Source: Deltaproteobacteria bacterium (GTDB lineage Bacteria > Desulfobacterota > Binatia > UBA12015). From it: 28,887 bases of DNA. Made by a program: the position numbers and the translations under genes. The notes below the pieces were generated by a model, which was not told the DNA's origin, did not search any database, and saw only the letters and a program-made list of their open reading frames with translations. The first letter of the stretch is position 1. Each line of letters opens with the position of its first letter. Of the stretch, positions 23,921 to 28,887 are shown piece by piece. The stretch lies in assembly GCA_046583355.1 (NCBI GenBank), contig JAYGCM010000043.1, forward strand, positions 1-28,887, read 5' to 3'.

Positions 23921-25324
23921 TCAGGCGTGCGAGACGCGCACGTCGTCGGAGGTTGGGTAGGCCGTATAGTCGACCAGCATGCGTGCCCGCGACGCGCCGC
24001 CGAGTTGCCAGATATCGGCGACCTCTTCGGCCGCGCTGCGCCGGCGGGCTACGCGATGGATGGTTCGCTCAAGGAAATCCACCTCGCTCACCTCGCGGCC
24101 ATCACGCCGGTCGAGCCGACGCAGGCCCTCCTCTGCGATCGTCAGTAGCTCTGCTGCCAGATCACCGATCGTGTGGCGGCCTGCACGTGCGGCAAAACCG
24201 CCCCGAGCAACCATCTCGAGCAGATCATGGCGCTGCGTGAGGTCCCAGCCTTTGACAAGGTCCCACGCCGCCTGGCGGCAATCGTCCTCATAGAGCAGCC
24301 CTTTGGCGATCGCCGAGAGGGCCAGCAACGAGTCCGGTGGCGGGCTATCGGCCATGCGCAGCTCCAGCCACGTCTTGAGCCGAACCTCGGGAAAGAGCGT
24401 CGAAAGATGCAACGCGAAATCGCCCACTGTGGCGCGTATGCCGTCGGCCCCCTCCTCCCAGAAATGCCGGAAAGGAACACCCGAGAGGTCGAGGTAATCA
24501 CCCTCGCGTTTCACGAAATACATCGGTGCATCGAGCGCCCATTCGACGTAATCCACTACCCCGGCGCCCTCCGCGAAGAGGAAAGGGAGGATCCCGCAAC
24601 GCGCCGCGTCGGTATCGGTCCAGACATGCGCGCGGTAGGAGAGGTAGCCGTTGCGACGCCCCTCGCTGATCGAGGAGTTGGCGAGCATCGCGTTGAGCAG
24701 TGGACCGATGCCGATGCCGACGCGCATCTTGTCGATCGCATCGGCCTCGCTTGCGAAGTCCAGGTTCACCTGAACCGTGGCCGTTTGCTTCATCATTCGC
24801 TGGCCGAACTGACCGACCTGCTTCATATACGGACCCATGATTCCGTAACGGCCCTTGGGCACCCACTCGATCTCGTCGAGCTTGGTCACCGGCTGGATGC
24901 CCAGGCCGACGAAGCGACGGCCGAGGCTGGCGGCCACCGCACTCAGCTCGGCACCATTGGTCGTCAGCTCGGCGGCGCCCTCATGCAACGAACGAAAAGG
25001 CTGCCCGGCGAGTTCTACCTGACCACCAGGCTCGAGCGTGATGTCGGCATCACCGCGGCTCAGGCCAATGATACGGCCCTCTTCCAGCACCGGCGCCCAG
25101 CCGAATTCGTCACACATACCCCGCAGAATCGCCTCGATGCCGCGGGGGCCAGAGAAGGGAATTGCCTCGGCTGTCACGGCATCTACACCGACGCGCTCGA
25201 CCTCCGTGCCCACGACCCACTCGCTCTCGGGCTTCGCGCCGCGCAGGATATGGGCCACCAGCTGGTCGATATTCTCAAGCGGTTCAGCATCCGGGCCGTC
25301 CACATCGGCGATATAGTCGCTCAT
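23921..25324 (-). CDS. gshA: Glutamate--cysteine ligase (GCS2; plant/alphaproteobacterial type)
   Basis: Motifs VGTEVER, ITLEPGGQVELAG, WVPKGRYGIM..YM, MMKQTATVQVNLDFASEAD, R.HVWTDTD..RCG, ALDAPMYFVKR and HLSTLFPEVRLKTWLELRMAD. True start is ATG 25324 (MSDYIAD). Confidence 0.93.
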   Translation of the reverse strand: MSDYIADVDGPDAEPLENIDQLVAHILRGAKPESEWVVGTEVERVGVDAVTAEAIPFSGPRGIEAILRGMCDEFGWAPVLEEGRIIGLSRGDADITLEPGGQVELAGQPFRSLHEGAAELTTNGAELSAVAASLGRRFVGLGIQPVTKLDEIEWVPKGRYGIMGPYMKQVGQFGQRMMKQTATVQVNLDFASEADAIDKMRVGIGIGPLLNAMLANSSISEGRRNGYLSYRAHVWTDTDAARCGILPFLFAEGAGVVDYVEWALDAPMYFVKREGDYLDLSGVPFRHFWEEGADGIRATVGDFALHLSTLFPEVRLKTWLELRMADSPPPDSLLALSAIAKGLLYEDDCRQAAWDLVKGWDLTQRHDLLEMVARGGFAARAGRHTIGDLAAELLTIAEEGLRRLDRRDGREVSEVDFLERTIHRVARRRSAAEEVADIWQLGGASRARMLVDYTAYPTSDDVRVSHA

Positions 25325-25469
25325 ACGGTGGGCGAGCCTACGGTCCCGCAGGTGCCGATACAAGCAAGCCCAAACGCAGCGTTGGTCAAGGCCAGCGTCG
25401 ACCTGGAGGTCCGGCCGAAAAGTAGGCCTGCATCCGAGCGCCGCTTGCGGCCGCTGGCCGCAGATCGTC

Positions 25470-26072
25470 TCAAGGCCGGATCCAGACGGGCGTGCCGACC
25501 GGAACATCGCGAGCAAGTGCGCGCACCTCGGCGTCGAGCAGCGAGATACAGCCCAGCGTCCAATCGACGTGCGCACGGTTGAGCAGCGGCGCGTCACTGC
25601 CGTGGATGCCGATGGCGCCGCCAACGCCATTCTCGATCGTACCCGCTTGCCGCGCCGCGCCATGCGCTTCCACGTCGCTCGGGTTCGGATAGTCAAGGAG
25701 AAGAAAACGCGCCCAGCGCGCATGCGGTCGTTTTCCCACCACCTGGTACAAGCCCTGCGGCGTGCGGCGGTCGCCCTCATGGCGCTTCACTCCGGCGCTG
25801 CGGCCGAAGACGATATCGTGCCAGGTCCGTACCCATTTGCCGTCACGATAGAGCGACAAAGTACGACAAGAGCGGTCGACGACCACGAAGACCGGCTCGT
25901 CGGCCGCCCAGAGCAAGGGCGCTCGATCCTCCACATGCGGCACAAAAGGATCGAGCCGGGGCAAAGGTGCCAGAAGCTGAACCGGTGCCGGAAGCTGCGT
26001 AGGCGGCGCGGCGCGGCCAGCGTCAACGCCCGCCACCAAAATCAGAGCCAGCAGAATCGCCACGCGAACCAC
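25470..26072 (-). CDS. YkuD-domain protein, murein L,D-transpeptidase/carboxypeptidase (YafK/Csd6-like subgroup)
   Basis: Signal peptide; motifs 'VVVDRS.RTL.LY', 'K.HEGDRRTPQGLY', 'LDYPNPSD' and catalytic GGAIGIHG...DWTLGCISL. Confidence 0.88.
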   Translation of the reverse strand: MVRVAILLALILVAGVDAGRAAPPTQLPAPVQLLAPLPRLDPFVPHVEDRAPLLWAADEPVFVVVDRSCRTLSLYRDGKWVRTWHDIVFGRSAGVKRHEGDRRTPQGLYQVVGKRPHARWARFLLLDYPNPSDVEAHGAARQAGTIENGVGGAIGIHGSDAPLLNRAHVDWTLGCISLLDAEVRALARDVPVGTPVWIRP

Positions 26073-26207
26073 AAATCACGCTACCCCGCCTACCGTTGCG
26101 AAGCGAGGGAGCAGGCGGCTAACCTGCCTCTCTCACCCGGGGCGCCGCACCCTGGCGACACGACCAGATACAGGGGCCGCAGAAGGCCACAAAGGGAGCA
26201 GCAGAGC

Positions 26208-26684
26208 ATGTCATTCACCGCCAATGAATTCCGCACCGTCATGGGGCATTTCGCAACCGGCGTCACGGTCATCACGACCCGCGACAGCGAGGGGAATTTT
26301 CTCGGTCTGACGGCCAATGCCGTAGCTTCGGTCTCACTCGACCCACCGCTGATCCTGGTCTGCCTCGACAAAAGAGCCGAGAGCTACTCGGCCTTCGGCA
26401 CCTCGGGCGCCTATAACGTCAATATCCTCACCAAGGACCAGGAGCCGCTCTCGCGCACCTTCGCCAAATCCGGCGGCGATAAATTCGCCGGCCTCGGCTA
26501 CACCCTTGCCGATAATGGCATCCCCGTCCTGAACGGCTCGCTGGCGCATCTGGCCTGCGAGATCCGCAACGAAGTCGAAGCCGGCGACCACACAATCTAC
26601 ATCGGCGAGGTCAAAGAGATCGCGATGGACCACGAAGCCAACCCGCTGCTCTACTTCCGCGGCGGCTACCGGGACCTCGCCTGA
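26208..26684 (+). CDS. Flavin reductase family protein (DIM6/NTAB, HpaC-like)
   Basis: Motifs FRTVMGHFATGVTVIT, GLTANAVASVSLDPPLILVC, AGDHTIYIGEV and PLLYFRGGY. Start at ATG 26208 after a GGGAG RBS. Confidence 0.95.
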   Translation: MSFTANEFRTVMGHFATGVTVITTRDSEGNFLGLTANAVASVSLDPPLILVCLDKRAESYSAFGTSGAYNVNILTKDQEPLSRTFAKSGGDKFAGLGYTLADNGIPVLNGSLAHLACEIRNEVEAGDHTIYIGEVKEIAMDHEANPLLYFRGGYRDLA

Positions 26685-27661
26685 TGCTGCACCGCGCGCT
26701 GCTCCTCAGCCTCTGTATATTGGGGCTACTCGGCTTGGCGACTGGCCCGGCGGCGGCGGCCGAGTTCCGCGTAGCGCTCGTCACTCCGGGTCCGACCAAC
26801 GACGCTGGCTGGAATGCCAGTGCCTATGCCGGGCTTAGGCGAATCGAAAAAGAACTCGGCGCGAAAATCAGCCACGAGCAGGCCTCTACGCCGGTGCAAT
26901 TCCAGCAGGCCTTCCGCGCCTACGGACGCGACGGCTACGACCTCGTCTTCGCGCATGGCTTCGAGTTCCAGGACGCCGTGATGGCGGCCGGCAAGGAATT
27001 CCCCAAGACCAATTACGTCGTCAGCTCGGGCTCGGTGCACCGCGCCAATGTATCCTCGCTGCGTTTCCTGCTCGAAGAGGCGACCTATCTGGCCGGAATT
27101 CTCGCAGCCGGCCTCTCCAAAAACCACGCCGCCGGCCTGGTTGGCGGCATCGAATTGCCCGTCATCCGCAATACCTTCACCGCCTTTACCCGCGGCGCGC
27201 AGAGCATCCGCCCGGATTTCCGAGTCGCCACCGCCTTTACCGGCAGCTTCGAGGATGTCGCCGCCGCGCGTGCGGCGGCCGGGGCGCAGCTGCTTCGCGG
27301 CGCCGATATCCTCATGCCCAATGCCAACGCCGCCAACCTCGGTGCCTTTCAGGCCGCCCGTAGCCGCGGCGCACTCGCCATCGGCACCAATAGCGACCAG
27401 AACGATATCCTCCCCGATACGATCGCGGCCAGCTGCGTTGCCGATGTTCCCGAGTCACTCGTCCAGATCGCCCGCTCCGTGAAGGACGGCTCGTTTCAGG
27501 GCCAACTCCTGCGCAAGGGTCTGGCCAGCGGCGTCATCCGTCTGGTGATCAACCCGCGTTTCGAAGATCGGGTTCCGGCCGAGATTAAAGCCAGCATCGC
27601 CGATGCCGAGAAAAAAATATGCGATGGTGATCTCCAGGTTCTCGGCCCCACCACAGGCTGA
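26684..27661 (+). CDS. BMP family ABC transporter substrate-binding protein (nucleoside/purine-binding type)
   Basis: Motifs PGPTNDAGWNASAY.GL, GYDLVFAHGFEF, EEATYLAGILAA, FTGSFEDVA and GADIL. Translationally coupled to the flavin reductase (TGATG). Confidence 0.9.
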   Translation: MLHRALLLSLCILGLLGLATGPAAAAEFRVALVTPGPTNDAGWNASAYAGLRRIEKELGAKISHEQASTPVQFQQAFRAYGRDGYDLVFAHGFEFQDAVMAAGKEFPKTNYVVSSGSVHRANVSSLRFLLEEATYLAGILAAGLSKNHAAGLVGGIELPVIRNTFTAFTRGAQSIRPDFRVATAFTGSFEDVAAARAAAGAQLLRGADILMPNANAANLGAFQAARSRGALAIGTNSDQNDILPDTIAASCVADVPESLVQIARSVKDGSFQGQLLRKGLASGVIRLVINPRFEDRVPAEIKASIADAEKKICDGDLQVLGPTTG

Positions 27662-27709
27662 GTCGGGTTCACCCGTGCGCTGGATAGGGATGCCAAGGTC
27701 GAAAAATAA

Positions 27710-28887
27710 ATGAGTAGCCAGGAAAAGCTTGCTGTCGTCGTTCTTGCGGCCGGAAAAGGAACACGGATGCGCTCCGCGAAGGCCAAGGTCCTGCACGAGT
27801 TGGCCGGGCGCTCGCTGCTGCTGCATGCGCTCGAAGCCCTGGACCCGTTGACGCCCGAGCATATTGTGGTCGTGATCGGCCACCAGGCCGAAGCCGTGCG
27901 GGCCTCGGTCGAGTCCCGCACGCTGGCCTTCGCGGTTCAGGAAGAACAAAAGGGCACCGGCCACGCCGTGAAAATCGCGCGCGATGCCGCGCTGGCGGAC
28001 TTCTCCGGCGATGTCCTCATCACCTATGGCGATGTGCCACTACTCACCAGCACAACCCTACAGCGCCTGGTCGCGAAGCATCGCCAGGCCGGCGCGGGCC
28101 TTTCCCTGCTGACCATGCAACTCGACGATGCCATGGCCTACGGGCGCATCGTGCGCGACGCCGCCGGCAAGGTGTTGCGCATCACCGAGGCCAAAGACGC
28201 GAGCGCCCAGGAGCTTGCCATCGGTGAAGCCAACGCCGGTATCTTCTGCATGCGCAGCGACCTGCTCTTCCCCGCGCTCGATGCCTTGCGCGCCAATAAT
28301 GCTCAGGGCGAATTCTACCTCACCGATGTCGTCGCGTTCGCCGTCGAACAGGGTGAAAAGGTCGCCACCGAGACGGTACCCGCCACTGAGGTCGAGGGCG
28401 TCAATTCACGCGCGGATCTGGCCCGCCTCGAAGGGGTGCTGCGCCAAACCGTTGTGGCCCGGCATATGGATGCCGGCGTCACCTTCCTCGACCCGGCCAG
28501 CGTGCTCATCGAGATGGATGTCGAGATCGGTGCCGATACGATCATTGGTCCGCAGGTCCAGCTCCGCGGCCGCACCACGATCGGTCGCGATTGCGAATTT
28601 CTCGGCAACGCGCATCTGACCAACGCCCGAATCGGCAATGGCGTCCGCATCCGCCAAAACGTCGTGATCGACGACGCCAAGGTCGGCGACGACGCGGTTT
28701 TGGGGCCCTTCTCGCACCTGCGCCCCGGCACCGACCTGGCCGAAGAGGTTCATATCGGCAATTTTGTCGAGGTGAAGAAATCGAAGATCGGCCGCGGCAC
28801 CAAGGCGAGCCACCTATCCTACTTGGGCGATGCCATCATCGGCAGCGAAACCAATATTGGCGCCGGCACGATCACCTGCAACTACGA
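27710..28887 (+). CDS. glmU: Bifunctional UDP-N-acetylglucosamine pyrophosphorylase / glucosamine-1-phosphate N-acetyltransferase (3' end truncated by the window)
   Basis: Not in the ORF track because no stop lies within the window. Manual translation from ATG 27710 gives VVLAAGKGTRMRSAKAKVLH, QEEQKGTGHAV, YGDVPLL, YGRIVRD, NNAQGEFYLTD, GVNSR, GPFSHLRP, IGNFVEVKKS, KASHLSYLGDA and NIGAGTITCNYD. Confidence 0.97.
   Translation, partial: MSSQEKLAVVVLAAGKGTRMRSAKAKVLHELAGRSLLLHALEALDPLTPEHIVVVIGHQAEAVRASVESRTLAFAVQEEQKGTGHAVKIARDAALADFSGDVLITYGDVPLLTSTTLQRLVAKHRQAGAGLSLLTMQLDDAMAYGRIVRDAAGKVLRITEAKDASAQELAIGEANAGIFCMRSDLLFPALDALRANNAQGEFYLTDVVAFAVEQGEKVATETVPATEVEGVNSRADLARLEGVLRQTVVARHMDAGVTFLDPASVLIEMDVEIGADTIIGPQVQLRGRTTIGRDCEFLGNAHLTNARIGNGVRIRQNVVIDDAKVGDDAVLGPFSHLRPGTDLAEEVHIGNFVEVKKSKIGRGTKASHLSYLGDAIIGSETNIGAGTITCNY

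Noticed and set aside
15687..25780. ORF-track N-terminal extensions (starts at 15687, 17554, 22287, 21822, 25780 and 25569)
   Set aside because: They overlap neighbouring genes and precede clear signal peptides or family N-termini, so downstream starts with RBS or signal-peptide support were used.

Overview
GC-rich bacterial chromosomal window. The protein families suggest Candidatus Binatia/Binatota or a related 'deltaproteobacterial' lineage; this is an inference. It holds about 21 protein genes or pseudogenes, and I saw no tRNA, rRNA, CRISPR array or integrase. Left part (1-4.8 kb): a spinster-type MFS transporter, a PHP/CehA-McbA metallohydrolase lipoprotein, an Acr1-like SDR, a diverged duplicate of the MFS 3' end, and an intact dinJ-yafQ toxin-antitoxin pair. 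Middle part (5-19.5 kb): an accessory-looking stretch rich in secreted modular proteins. These include a 1064-aa protein with a type-3 copper (tyrosinase-like) domain, an integrin-beta-I-like VWA domain, thrombospondin type-3 repeats and RTX repeats; a beta-helix protein with Cys-rich repeats and a distinct C-terminal domain; an SGNH hydrolase; and a GH39-like hydrolase with Cys-rich repeats. Also present are a membrane spermidine-synthase-like SAM-dependent protein and a broken TonB-dependent receptor. Right part (19.5-28.9 kb): envelope and housekeeping genes, namely a Tat amidohydrolase, a DD-carboxypeptidase divergent from an L,D-transpeptidase, a conserved hypothetical gene with a structured leader, gshA, a second YkuD protein, a flavin reductase, a BMP-family binding protein and a truncated glmU. 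The best novelty candidates are the tyrosinase/integrin-beta/TSP3/RTX fusion and the possible surface-display system of Cys-stalked enzymes.
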